NCBI GenBank assembly: GCA_030390025.1
Contig: CM059431.1
Location: 156,242,001-156,306,000 of the forward strand
Direction of reading: 5' to 3'
Length of the DNA stretch: 64,000 nt
Source of the DNA: Squalus acanthias
Lineage: Eukaryota
Shown: one piece after another, positions 22,605 to 34,441 of the stretch
Position numbering within the stretch: the first letter of the stretch is position 1
Layout of the letters: each line of letters begins with the position of its first letter
Made by a program: the position numbers and the translations under genes
Notes under the pieces: generated by a model
What the model saw: only the letters and a program-made list of their open reading frames with translations
The model's database searches: none
What the model was told of the DNA's origin: nothing

Positions 22605-22853
22605 TCGCCAATTATATGTTGCGCCCGAATAAACTTGAATTGAACTGAATATCGGGCATGTGTCTAACTGTCGGCAAATGCGATTCCGCCTGCTGTGTGT
22701 CCCCACTCAATTAGAATTTCATCCTCACGGACATTAAGTTTAAATAAATTCCTCAGCATAATCAATGAACTCTGTTACTCTAAAAGTAAACAAGACCTTT
22801 GGCAATTAGATTTGGACGCCCCCTAACTTCTAGATGGTTTTCTACCCATGTAC

Positions 22854-23025
22854 CACTCTTCTGTATCTCTAGCAATGTCGCTTTCAGGTTGGGTTTTGAA
22901 TTCTGCAGTTGAAGAAATATGTTTCAGATGGTTCTTTCTCCACGAGCTCCCTTTTCCAGCACGGTATCGAAAACGAGTTGGGAAGCATCATTTCTGCGCT
23001 GACTTTCAGCAAGTGTTCTGATTTC
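22854..23025 (-). pseudogene. NLR CARD-like module exon B, copy 1 (172 nt, TGG>TGA stop at 22924-22926)
   Basis: ttttag|EIRTLAESQRRNDASQLVFDTVLEKGARGERTI*NIFLQLQNSKPNLKATLLEIQKS G|gtacat. Confidence 0.8.
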
Positions 23026-23149
23026 CTAAAAAATATAATGCAATCATATTGAACCAAATAATTTAGACAGGAAGCGTCTGTTTATTTTCTCCCTCTCTTT
23101 ATGAGAGGAACGTATAGAAAAGCTAACAATAAGGTGAACAAAATCTTCG

Positions 23150-23390
23150 TCTACGATCTATGTTTTAAGGAGCGCCTTAAAGAAGGAGAGAATGGCAGAG
23201 AGCCGGAGAGGATTAGGGAGTGAATTCCAGAGCTTCGGGCTGAGAAAGCTCAAGGCACGGCTACCAATGGTGGCGTGCAGAAAATCGGGGATTCGCAAAA
23301 GGCCAGAATTGGATGAGCGCAGAGATCACGGGGAGTTGAAGGCCTGAAGGAATTTGCAGACATAGAGAGGACCAGCGTTGAGTTACCGAG
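23150..23390 (-). mobile_element. Old L2-like LINE fragment (also at ~28990-29225)
   Basis: gttttaaggagcgccttaaag...gaattccagagc resembles the reverse of an L2 3' region; shared by the duplicated units. Confidence 0.45.
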
Positions 23391-24495
23391 GGAAATTGGA
23401 TATTCTCAACTGATAGATGAAATAAGGGTAAAGTGCCAAAAAAGGGAAAAACTTCCGTTTGCAGGAATATGATTCGTCCAATCAAGCATTATTGGTTGTT
23501 AGTAACAGTAATATTTTGGAAAGCTGATAACTTGCTTTCAGCAACTCAAATTGCACTGATTGAAAAACACTGCGGATGAAATTGGAATCGGCCAGTCTCA
23601 TGAAAGGTGCTGATATCGAATGGGCGCCTCATTTAACAGGCGTCCGCATTTCTTTACCATTGACTGCAATGAGACTTTCGTTTATTCCAAATATCGTTCA
23701 TCGAAACAGTAGCAAATGCTTATCAGTCAATCATTCATCATCGAAATGAACCATTGCCTTTCTATATTTGATAAGTCCTGTCTTATGAATTACTACTTTA
23801 TTTGAAGTGTTTATGAAATGTGATAATTGTGTCGAATTCTGCCACCTGCCAATCACCAATTCTTAAACTGACAACGTTTTACCTTCTGCTCGTTATCATC
23901 TGCGCTTCTTTGATTTGTTTTATATAATTAACCATACACTCCCTGCATTCAATTTTAAAATCATTTTTTGTTACCTTTTCTATTCACGTCCAAACAATAC
24001 TTGGATGTGTTGCACCCTTTTTTTTTTATCAAGTCAATCGCATATATTGTTTGACAATCATTTTCGACTTGGTACCTTCCTATTGCTTCCCGATGGAATT
24101 ATCTGTCATTTCCGTTGCAATATATCTGGGCTAGTGTGCTTTTGCTTTGTTGAAATTGGTTAGGTTCCTTTAAATGTATATTGATTTGATTTAATCTTCA
24201 TATGAATTGTAATGATATCATGGCTTCTGGGATATTCCACTACCCTTATCCCTTTGCAGATAGAAGCCAATAGTCATTCCTAATTGATGTTCTGAGACCG
24301 TACCCATCTATCGAACGTCCGGGACACGTGGCATATAGCACACTCTCTCTTCCATCACTTCTATACTTTAGGTATTTAAAGTCACCTATCACATTGATAC
24401 CCTTGCTAAAATTTCTCGAATTTTTAAATATATCGCTTCCTCAGTCCGTATCCTATCACTTGGTGCATGATAATCAATTCCTAATAGTTAAAGAG

Positions 24496-24688
24496 TCATA
24501 GAATCGTAGCCACATAGAGTTATACAGCACAGGTTGAGGCCCTTCATCGTGTCCACGCCGGCCATCAGGCCCTGTCTATTCTAGTCCCATTTTCCAGCAC
24601 TTGGTCCGTAGCCTTGTATGCTATGGCGTTTCAAGTGCTCATCTAAATGCTTCTTGAATGTTGTGAGGGTTCCTGCATCTAACCCCCT
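24496..24688 (-). mobile_element. Short CR1 3'-end fragment
   Basis: catagaatc/catagagttatacagcacag tail and CR1-type 3' UTR. Confidence 0.7.
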
Positions 24689-25989
24689 TAAAGTCACACA
24701 TAACTCTGATACCCTTGCTAAAATTTCTGCAATTGTTCAATTTATCGCTTCCTCAATCCGTATCCAACCACTTGGTGCATGATAAGCAAATCCTAATAGA
24801 TAAAGAGATCCATTATTATGCTGTAATCCCAAGCATATAGATTACAATTGTTAATTATTAATTATATGATTCCTGAGTTACCATGCTGCAATTGAATATG
24901 TTAATCATAACTGCCTCTTTTTTGTTTAAAATGTAGTCCTTTTCTTGTAACAGGACATTTTAGCTTCTAGCTCCCAGCCCTGCCCTTAGATAAGTCACGT
25001 AACTGTTAATATATTCATATCTTTACTTTCAAACGCATCACCAGGCAATCGTTGCTTGCTACTAACCAGCTTTATTCACAATACTTTATTAACATATGTG
25101 TTACTTAACTCTAGGAAATATTTAGAAAGAGAGGAGATATACATCACAGATGATACTAGGGATTGCTTTTTCAATGGGACATTATGGGAAACTTGAAATA
25201 AGTGGCTGGTATTGTTGATGTCTCTGAGCATTGTGCCGAAAATTGGACGTAACCTGAGCTGTCCTGGAGTCAAGGCAGAAGGTTGCGTAAACCATGGGCT
25301 GGATGAATTTTGTGAGTGCTTGGCGATACGTGGAATAATGCAGATTGTGTGTGGTTGTAAATTAAAAGTAATAACTGTGGAAGGGAAGATGATAGAAATG
25401 CAGGGAGAAGCAGGTATGCAGTGAAGTTGGAAGCAAAAGAGAACTGGAAGCAACGACTTGGATATGTCCATTAGAAAGTTCTAGAAATTCGTGCCACCGA
25501 CAGTTACTCAAACGAATCGTATAATTTAATGGGTTGCTTCAATAAAGAACGGACAGAAACTCTTGGCCGTGACCGACTGTTTCTTTTTGTTAATTAATTT
25601 CTTGACCTGGGATTAGTTATATGTGACTATTACAAGTTTTATCTAGCTCCAGGATTTCCATTTGGACTGTGCCGAGGACGCGTGATGCTTCCGCTGCTAT
25701 TGGCGTTTTATTCAATTATTCATTACAATGTGTCTTGGCGTGTTCCTTGCAATCCTGAAATTTGGATTAATTGCTCCATGGATAGGATGCAATTTATGTC
25801 CGATTACTGAAACAACAGTATCCGATTCCGTGCAGAAATACGGCCAAGGTAATTAACTTAAAAGCAAGTCGTTTGCTAGTGAATTATCAGTTGATTAGAT
25901 AATCTCTTTTTGCAGAGGGTTTTTGCCTGTCACTTATGCAGCACAAATGTTACGAGCCAATTATCCACCCAAACTGGCATGTTGACCAG

Positions 25990-26155
25990 TTCTTGTTACA
26001 TACGGGCATGGACTGCTTAGTTACCTGAGGAATTGGGAATGAAATTGAACACTGCAATCATCAGCGTACAGCCTAAATTCTGACCTTATGAGGGAAGTTA
26101 ATTGATGAAGCAGCTGGCGATATTTGAGTACAGGATTCTTCCACGATGAACTCAT
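25990..26155 (-). mobile_element. LINE RT fragment
   Basis: ...LIRSEFRLYADDCSV; resembles the RT of the 61621-64000 family. Confidence 0.6.
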
Positions 26156-26467
26156 GGTTATACCATTAGATGCTGTTCTCTGAGTATTTAACGCATTCAA
26201 AACGACAAGTTCTGTATCCTTTTGGACGATATTAGCTGTAATATAAGCGCACGTAAATTGGTGGGCCGTGAGAAGGCTGTTATCATTCACCCCATGGCAA
26301 TCAGGTCCTCGCACCACCACACCTACGCCGCAAATATAAAGTCGCCAGAGAATACAACCGTTAAACCAGCAAAGACATGCCGTTCCAGACCGACTTGAAG
26401 AATCTCCCACAAACCCGTCTGAATTTTAGGTGGCCATTTCGACAATTCCAACATATATGTAGCATAC

Positions 26468-26628
26468 CTTATGAATTGTTTCAGTAAACACGTTTGCATC
26501 TAAGAGCGACTGACTAACAGGTTCAACGAATTCTTCAGTTGACGGTTCTCGTCTCTGACGGTAGCAGCCGATAATTCTTCCAAGCTGGATATCCGTGTTG
26601 CTCGCCAACATTAGTAACATTTTAGTAT
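26468..26628 (-). CDS. NLR CARD-like module exon A, copy 1 (161 nt, open)
   Basis: ttcag|(D)TKMLLMLASNTDIQLGRIIGCYRQRREPSTEEFVEPVSQSLLDANVFTETIHK|gtatgc; phase 1 in, phase 0 out. Confidence 0.7.
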
Positions 26629-28681
26629 CTGAATTTTATTTAAAAGTGTAAATGAGAACAGGTTAAAATTCTATGTCTGCTTTGAAGCAATGAATAATTT
26701 GAACTAACTTTTAGAGCAGCAGCTTTTCTTTAGAGCCTTTCAAACAGTGAGACGTCCAATGGCGCCTCACAGAGCAGGAAATTAGAGTTAAAGCTGCCTC
26801 TTTTTCGTAGAGTTAAGAGAAACGACCGAGATCTTGCAACATGTGGAGGTTGTTTAAAGTAAGTAGGAAGTAAAGAGTGGAGGCCCATAGCAACGGATTG
26901 CAGCCAGTGGCGCTGACGACTTTTTTGGAGTCCGGAGCAGAGGAACCAATAATCTGGGGACCACAGCAAAGGGAGAGGAGGGAAAAGAAATAAAAGAGGA
27001 TTTCTGAAGAAGACTGTAGAGTTAAGACGATCGAGACCGTAAAGGGAATTGTAGATGAGTAGGATTCTTTCACAAATTGTCTGGGATAGCAAGTGAATAT
27101 AGGTCACTGACGTAGGGGATTATGGATAAGTGGAAATGAGGGTGAACTGATGAATTGAAGCAGTCGAGCTCTGGAGTTTCTATCTGGCAGTGCACAAACG
27201 TCGTTTAAGGAATCGAGTCTAAACCTCACAAAAGCGTGGATAAATCACGAGCAAATATTCACATGTTATATATCCAGAAAATTAAAATATGATGGTTGCT
27301 GACGGTGATCTGAGAATCCATTCGAAATTTATTGCTTGGAATCACCAGATGCTGCTGAGCAATTAGAAATAGTCTTGACTCTCGCTTGTTAGCCTAAAGA
27401 GCTAATAAATACTGTACAGATATTTAACGAAAGTAACAGTAAATGCAAGCTCATTCCTTCTTTCTTGGGAAAACTAAACTGTGATACGGACCGGAGAAAT
27501 TTACATACTGTGAATCTAAATGTACTCAAAGCAAATATGATAGATATCAATACAACAATTACAAGAACACACAATTGGGGAAAAGTTATTGATATCAAAT
27601 TGAAATAATAACTAAATCTCAAATACCATATCTGAAACAAGCTGGTAGGAATCATAATTGAATGTACCTGATTCTAAAATGCCTGTCGATGGAAGTAGAA
27701 AGGCCTCAGAGACAGTAAATAAAGAAAGGCCCGGAATTTGCGGTCAGCGCGATGCAAAGGCTTTTGCTGCGGCCACAAAGTAAGCTTGACACAAAGATCT
27801 CGCAATCAGTTTTTCCGGAGTGTAATTCAAATCAACGGAGCATCATTGGGAACCCCGAGTGAAAGCTGCTGTGACGTCAACAGGCTGTCTAAGCATCCAA
27901 TCAAAAAGCAGAATTCTCACAGACATCGAACAAGGAAGTGAATAAGCTGTTAAACTTCTAACATTTAAAAAAAATGATTGAGCGAGCGAAACAAATATGG
28001 GGGCTCTCACATGGGGAAAATGCAAAGCAAAAATAAGGAGGAAAAAACTTCTTAAATAATTACATTTTCAGAATAATGTTAATGTTTATTTAAATGAATA
28101 AAGATGTCTCTGCACATAATTAAAATTAGATTTTCAGGCCATCGCATTTGTTTAGAATTCAATACGCTGTTGCAATCCAGTTACACCCATCCCTTTCAGT
28201 CAAACTTTTAGTGGGGAATTCAAGAGCGGAATTACTGTGAAATAGCCGAAGATTTCATCAGTTTTCCTGATTTGAGAGATTTCCCTGATTGCCGGCTCTG
28301 GGTGGGCACAGTGCAGCCACTGCAATTTTATTGGACTCAAAGGAAGGGAACATAGGACCGAGCGCACAACGGGCAGCAGATGCAATGCCTGCCGTTTTTC
28401 GGCGAGGAAAAACACAGGCCGTATCGCATCTATCGCCTGTTATACGCTGCGCCCGAATAAACTTGAATTGAGCTGAATATCGGGCATGTGTGTAACTGTC
28501 GGCAAATGTGATTCCGGCCACTTTCTGTCCCCGCACAATTAGAATTCCATCCTCATGGACATTAACTTAAAATAAGTTCCTCGATATAAATAATGAACTC
28601 TGTTACTCTGAAAGTAAACAAGATCTTTTGCAATTAGATTTTGACATCGCCTACCTTCCAGATCATGTTTTGTCCCTGTAC

Positions 28682-28853
28682 CTCTGTTCTGTATCGCTGA
28701 CAATGTCGCTTTCAGCTTAGGTTTTGAATTACGCATTTGAAGAAATATGTTCCACATTGTTCTTTCTCCCCGAGCTCCCTTTTCCAGCACGGTATCGAAA
28801 TTGAGTTGGGAAGCATCGTTTCTGCGCTGACTTTCAGCAAGTGTACTGATTTC
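28682..28853 (-). CDS. NLR CARD-like module exon B, copy 2 (172 nt, open)
   Basis: ttttag|EISTLAESQRRNDASQLNFDTVLEKGARGERTMWNIFLQMRNSKPKLKATLSAIQNR G|gtacag; phase 0 in, phase 1 out. Confidence 0.75.
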
Positions 28854-30065
28854 CTAAAAAAAATATTGCAATCATATTGAACAAAGTATTTTCCAAAATC
28901 AGCTAAAAAACGTCGGTTTTGTTTCTCCCTCTCTTTATGGGAGGAATGAATAGAAACGCTCACAATCAGGTTACCAAAATCTTCGTCAACGAGATAAGTT
29001 ATAAGGAGCGTCTCTAAAGAGCAGAGAATGGCAGACGGCCGGGGAGGATTACAGAGTTAATTCCAGAGTTTAGGACCGAGGCAGCACAACGCTGGGCTAC
29101 CAATGGTGGCGTGAAGAGAATCGGGGTTGCGCAAAGGGTCAGAATTTGATCAGCACAGAGATCACGGAGGATTGTAGGGCTGGAGGATGTTGCAGAGATA
29201 GAGAGAACCAGCGTTGAGTCACCAAGGGAAACTGAATTTTCTCAACTGATATGAAAAAATGTTACGTGCCAAATAAAAGGGGAAAAGTCAGATTGCAGGA
29301 ATATGGTTCGTGCAAAATCAAGCAATATTCGTTGTTAGTAACAGCAATGTTCTGGAAAGCACACAACGTGCTTTTAGAAACTCAAATTGCAAAGATTGTT
29401 AAACAATGCGGGTGAAATTGGAGTCGGCCAGTCGCATGACATGTGCTGATAGCGAATGGGCGGCTCGTGTTACACGCGTCCGTATTTCTTTACCATTGAT
29501 TGCAATTAGACTTCCGTTCATTTCAAGTATCATTCATCGAAGCAGCAGCAAAAGCTTATCAGTCGATCCTTCATCTTCTATATGAACCATTTGCTTTGAA
29601 TAACTGAATAGCCCTGTCTTATGAGTAACTATTTTATTTGAAGTGTTTATGGAATGTGATCATTGTACCGAAATCTATCACCTGCCAATCACCAAATTAT
29701 TTAACTGTCAACGTTTTACCTTCTGCTCGTTAACCTCTATCTTTCTTTGATTTGATTTACATAATCAACACCCTACATTCAATTTGAAAATCTACTTTTC
29801 ATTTCCTTTTCTATACACATCCAAGTAATTCTTGTATGTGCTCCACCCGTTTTATTATCGTGTAATTCCTATATATTGTATCGCGATCATTTCCGACTTG
29901 GTACCTCCGTATTGTTTCCCAACGGAATTATCTGATCCATTCCGTCCCAATATATCTGGGCTAGTGTGTTCTTGATTTGTTGAAATTGGTTATCCTGTAC
30001 ATATATATTGCTTTGAATTACTGTTCATATGAATTCTAATGATATCATTGCTTCATAGATATCCG

Positions 30066-30263
30066 GGTTATACTACAACAGCTGTATTTGAATTCACAAG
30101 CTTTCGGAGCGCTGCTCCTTCTTCAGGTGAAGGTCAATTCACCTGACGAAGGAGCAGCGCTCCGAAAGCTTGTGATTTCAAATAAAGCTGTTAGACTATA
30201 AACTGGTTTTGTGCGACTTCTCACATTTGTCCACCCCAGTCCAACACCGTCATCTCCACATCT
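30066..30263 (+). mobile_element. Miniature palindromic Penelope pLTR insertion with hammerhead-like core
   Basis: Inverted arm 30066-30131 and direct arm from 30138. CTGACGA (30143-30149), stem GGAGC/GCTCC, GAAA (30164-30167). TSD tagatatccg at 30056-30065 and 30264-30273. Absent from the paralogous unit at ~24230. Confidence 0.85.
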
Positions 30264-30531
30264 TAGATATCCGTTATCCGTTCGCAGAAATGGATCCAAT
30301 ACGCATTCCTTCCCTGTTGTTCTGGAAACGTACCCATCTATCTAACGTTCTGAACACGTGGCAGATAGCACACTCCCTCTTACACCCGTATATCACTTCT
30401 GTACTTTAGATATATAAAATCACCCATAACTCTGAAACCCTCGCTAAAATGTCTCATGTTTTTTCAATATATCGCTTCCTCAATTCGTAACCCACCACTT
30501 GGTGCATGATAATGAACTCCTCATAGTTAAT

Positions 30532-31286
30532 GGCCCGTTTTTTCGATCGCAGAACTCCCGGGTGCGCAGGCCTGCTATCTGGAAAAATCTATGGGCTTAC
30601 CTGAGGGCTCCCGGGACGCACACGCTTCCGATCCTGGGCCTCTACAAACTCCACGTGCGCAGGGCCCACGTATCCCAGAGGCACAGGCAGTTCACAGCGT
30701 GCCTGGGATCAAGTGGGCCATGGGCAGCCAAACAAAGTAGGGAATCTCCCTTCATACAATTGACAGGAAGAACTGTCAAATATGTGAATGGAGATCACCC
30801 CAAAAACAAAGTAAAAATTTTAAATATATATTTTTTAAATCACATTTTTAAAATGACTTGACATTATAATAAATTAAATATTTTGAACAAAAATTTAAAT
30901 TTTGGAAAAAAATTCTTAAACTTTATTACGGGGCTAAAAATTAACTTAAGTTTTTTGTAAATTATTTTTAAATGATAAATAAGTGAAATATTTTTAAAAA
31001 CTTCTTTCAACTCTTATCCTGGTAAAAGCAGGCATTATGCCTGGTTTTACCAGGCGTAATAATTTAAAGGGTTTTCTGCGGGTGTAGGGTCTCCAAAAAG
31101 CGGAACTATCCGCTCGCAGAAGTCCTTCTCCAGGGCAGCGGGAGTATCTGTCAAGAGCATTCTTCACAGATCGGAAATGTCGGTTTTCAGCGCATGCGCG
31201 ATGCATGGCTGAAACCGGTATTTCCGACGGACCTGCGGGTGGGTACACAGCGCGTACCCACCCGTAGGGATTAGAATATCTGGGCC
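30532..31286. mobile_element. Harbinger-type MITE, copy 1
   Basis: ggccc...gggcc termini, 3-bp TSD aat, AT-rich centre; absent from the paralogous unit. Confidence 0.8.
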
Positions 31287-31446
31287 AATCAATTCCTTTA
31301 TTATGCTATAATCCCAATAATATAGATTACAATTGTTAAACATTGTTTATGAGTCCTGAGTTTCTGTGCAGTAATTGAATATGTTAATAATAACTCTTCC
31401 CCATTTTGTTTAAAATGCATTCACTTTTTTTGTAACAGGATATATT

Positions 31447-32201
31447 GGGCTGTATTTTCCGATCGGAGGCTTCCTGCGTGCGGAGGCCTCGGACCTGGAA
31501 AAAAATCTATGCACTGACCTGAGGGCTCCCAAGATCCGGACACTTCCTGCTCATGGGCCTCTCCAACTCGAAAAGTACAGGCCCAACGTATCCCAGAGGC
31601 GCAAGCGGTTAGCAAGTGTCCCTGGGATCACGTGGGCCATGGTGAGCCAAACAAAAAAGGGAATCTCCCGTCAATCGCTTGAAAGTTATGATTGTCAAAT
31701 ATATGAATGGAGATCACCCCAAAAACACTTTAGAACATTAAATAAAATGTAAAACAACATTACATTTTTAAAATTATTTGAATTAAAATAAATTAAATAT
31801 TTTAAAAATAATTTAATTATTTAAATATATAATTAAAGTTTTTTAGTGGGCTAAAAATAAACTTACCTTTTTTAAAGTAATTTAAAATGATAATTGAGTG
31901 AATTTTTATAAAAATGTTGTTTCAGATCTTATGCTTGTAAAAGCAAGCCTTAGGCGTGCTTTTACCAGGAGTGCGATTTCAAAGGGTTTTCTGCGGGCGG
32001 AGGCTCGACAGAATGCGGAACTATCCATCCTCAGCGGACCTTCTCCAGTCCAGGCGTCCGATCTGTCAAGAGCATTCTTCACAGATCGGAAATGGCGGTT
32101 TTCAGCGCATGCGCTTGGCATGCCTGAAACCGGATTTTCCGACATCCCTACGGTTGTGTACACAGCGGGTACACACCCATAAGGATCGGAATATAGGGCC
32201 C
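31447..32201. mobile_element. Harbinger-type MITE, copy 2
   Basis: gggctgtattttccgatc...gatcggaatatagggccc, 3-bp TSD att; colinear with copy 1. Confidence 0.85.
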
Positions 32202-34441
32202 ATTAACGACAAGCTCCCAGCCGTGCCCTTACATTAACCACGTAGGTGTTAATATCTTCATATCACAAATTCCTAGAGCATCATCAGACAATCGCTACCT
32301 TCATCTAATCAGCTTTATTCACCATGCTTTATTAATATATTTGTTACACAACTTCAGGAAATATTCGATATTAGATCAGATAGACATCATGGATGAGACT
32401 CGGAATTTTATTTTTAAAGGACATTATGGCAATCATGACTGGAGATGCCGGTAATGTTGATGTCCCTGAGCATTGGGCAGAAGATGGGACATGACATGAG
32501 CTGTCCTGGCGTGAAGGCAGAAAGTTGCGTAATCCATGGACTGGATGAATTTTGCAAGTGCTTGGTGATACGTAGAATAATGCAGATTGTTTGAGTTTGT
32601 TAATTAGAAGTAATAACTGTGGCAGGGAAGGTTTTAGATAGGCAGGTAGAATCAGCCATGCAGTGAAGTTGGAAGGAGAAAAGAAATGGAAGCAACGACT
32701 TGGATATGTTCAGTACAAAGTTCTAAAAATTGGTGCCACTGGCAGTGAATGACACGAATCGTCTCGTTTAATTAAAATGCACGGCTGCTTTGATAAAGAA
32801 CGGACAGAAATTCTCGGCCGTGAGCGACAGCTCATTTTAAATATGTCAGTTAATTTCTTTGCCTGACATTATATATATGTGGCTATTAGAGGTTCTATCT
32901 AGCTCCAGGATATCCATTGGGACTTTGCTGAGGACGCGTGATGCTTGCGCTGCCAGTGGTATCTTATTCAAATATTTATTACAATATTAGGCCCGTAATT
33001 TCCGTTAGGAGGCTTCCTGCGTGCGGTTGCAACCTATCGGGAAGAAATCTACGCCCTTACCTGAGGGCTCCCGAGGTGGGGCCATTTCCGATCCTGGGCC
33101 TGTCCACAGTAGAAATGCGCGGGGCCCAACTGATTACAGGGACGCTTGCAAACCTCGTGCTCCCCTGGGATATGTGGACCAGGCGAGAAAATAGGATAAG
33201 GGAAACTCTCTTCATAATTTCCCCAGATATTCCTGTCAAAAGTATTAATGGAGATCACCCCATAAACACAACAAAACATTAAATCAATTTTAAAAAAGCA
33301 TCGCGTTTTTAAAATGTGTTAAAAGTACATTCATTTACATATTTTTTAATAGGTATCAGAGCATTTTGGAAGTGGAGGGTGAAGAGCCAGTTGTCGTGGT
33401 GCATATAGGTTCCAACGATATAGGTAAAAAAACGGGAAGAGGTCCTACAAGCAGAATATAGGAAGCTGGGAGGTAAATTAAAAAATAGGACCTCAAAGGT
33501 GGTAATCTCAGGATTGCGACCAGTGCCACGTGCTAGTCAGAGTAGAAAAAGAAGGATATTTCAAATGAATACGTGGCCAGAGGAATTGTGCAAGGGTGAG
33601 GGCTTCAAATTCCTGGGGCATTGGAACCGGTTCTGGGGGAGGTGGGACCAGTACAAACCGGACGGTCTACACCTGGGCAGGGCCGGGACCGTTGTCTTGG
33701 GGGGACTGTTTGCGAGTGCTCTGGGGGAGGGTTTAAATTAAAATGGCAGGGTGTTGGGAACCTGAGCAGGGTGACAGAGGAAAGGGAAAGAAAGATAAAA
33801 GCAAAATATAGGAATCAGAAAAACAAAAGTTGCAGTCAGAGAAAACATTGGTTTAAATCAAACATGGCCACAGTAAATACTAATTCTAATAGGTCTAAGA
33901 GCGTGAAAAAAACAAGCCTGAAGGCTTTGGGGTAAAAATTCAGTTGGTTGCGCCTCCCGTTAGCGCCTTAAATGGGCGCTAATGGGTCGTTAAGGCGCTA
34001 ACGCCCGGGCGCAGCGCTGTTTGCGCCGCTCGAGAACTTAACTTGAGATTGTGCGGCGGCGCTAAAACTTACCGCTGCGACCACCTGCGCGCGCAGATTG
34101 TGACGTCATTCCGTGGTGCAACGCCCTTGGGGCGCCCCGGAGCGGAAATTGAGTGGCGCCCCCTGCCTTACCGCCTGGCGCTTCCAACGACCGGAAGACT
34201 GGAACGTTATCAATCGGTGTGGGGCTGGGGGGGGGCGCTATTTAAAGGGGGCCTCTTCCTGTCTTTTTCTGTGGTCGACATTTATGCACCACTCGTTCTG
34301 AGAGAGAGAGAGAGATTCGGAGAGAGAGAGAGAGAGACTTCTACATTGACTCAACGCTTTGTGAGGTAGTTTTGCCTAGTTCATCCTAACTTTGCTGCTA
34401 CTTTCGTTGCTGTACCTCATTACTTTTCTGGCAAAGAGAAT

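Noticed and set aside
26730..27107. 125-aa ORF preserved in two copies (also 42055-42432), containing an acceptor-like ...ccccag
   Set aside because: Non-ATG start, no recognisable domain and no nearby GT donor; preservation is explained by the recent duplication
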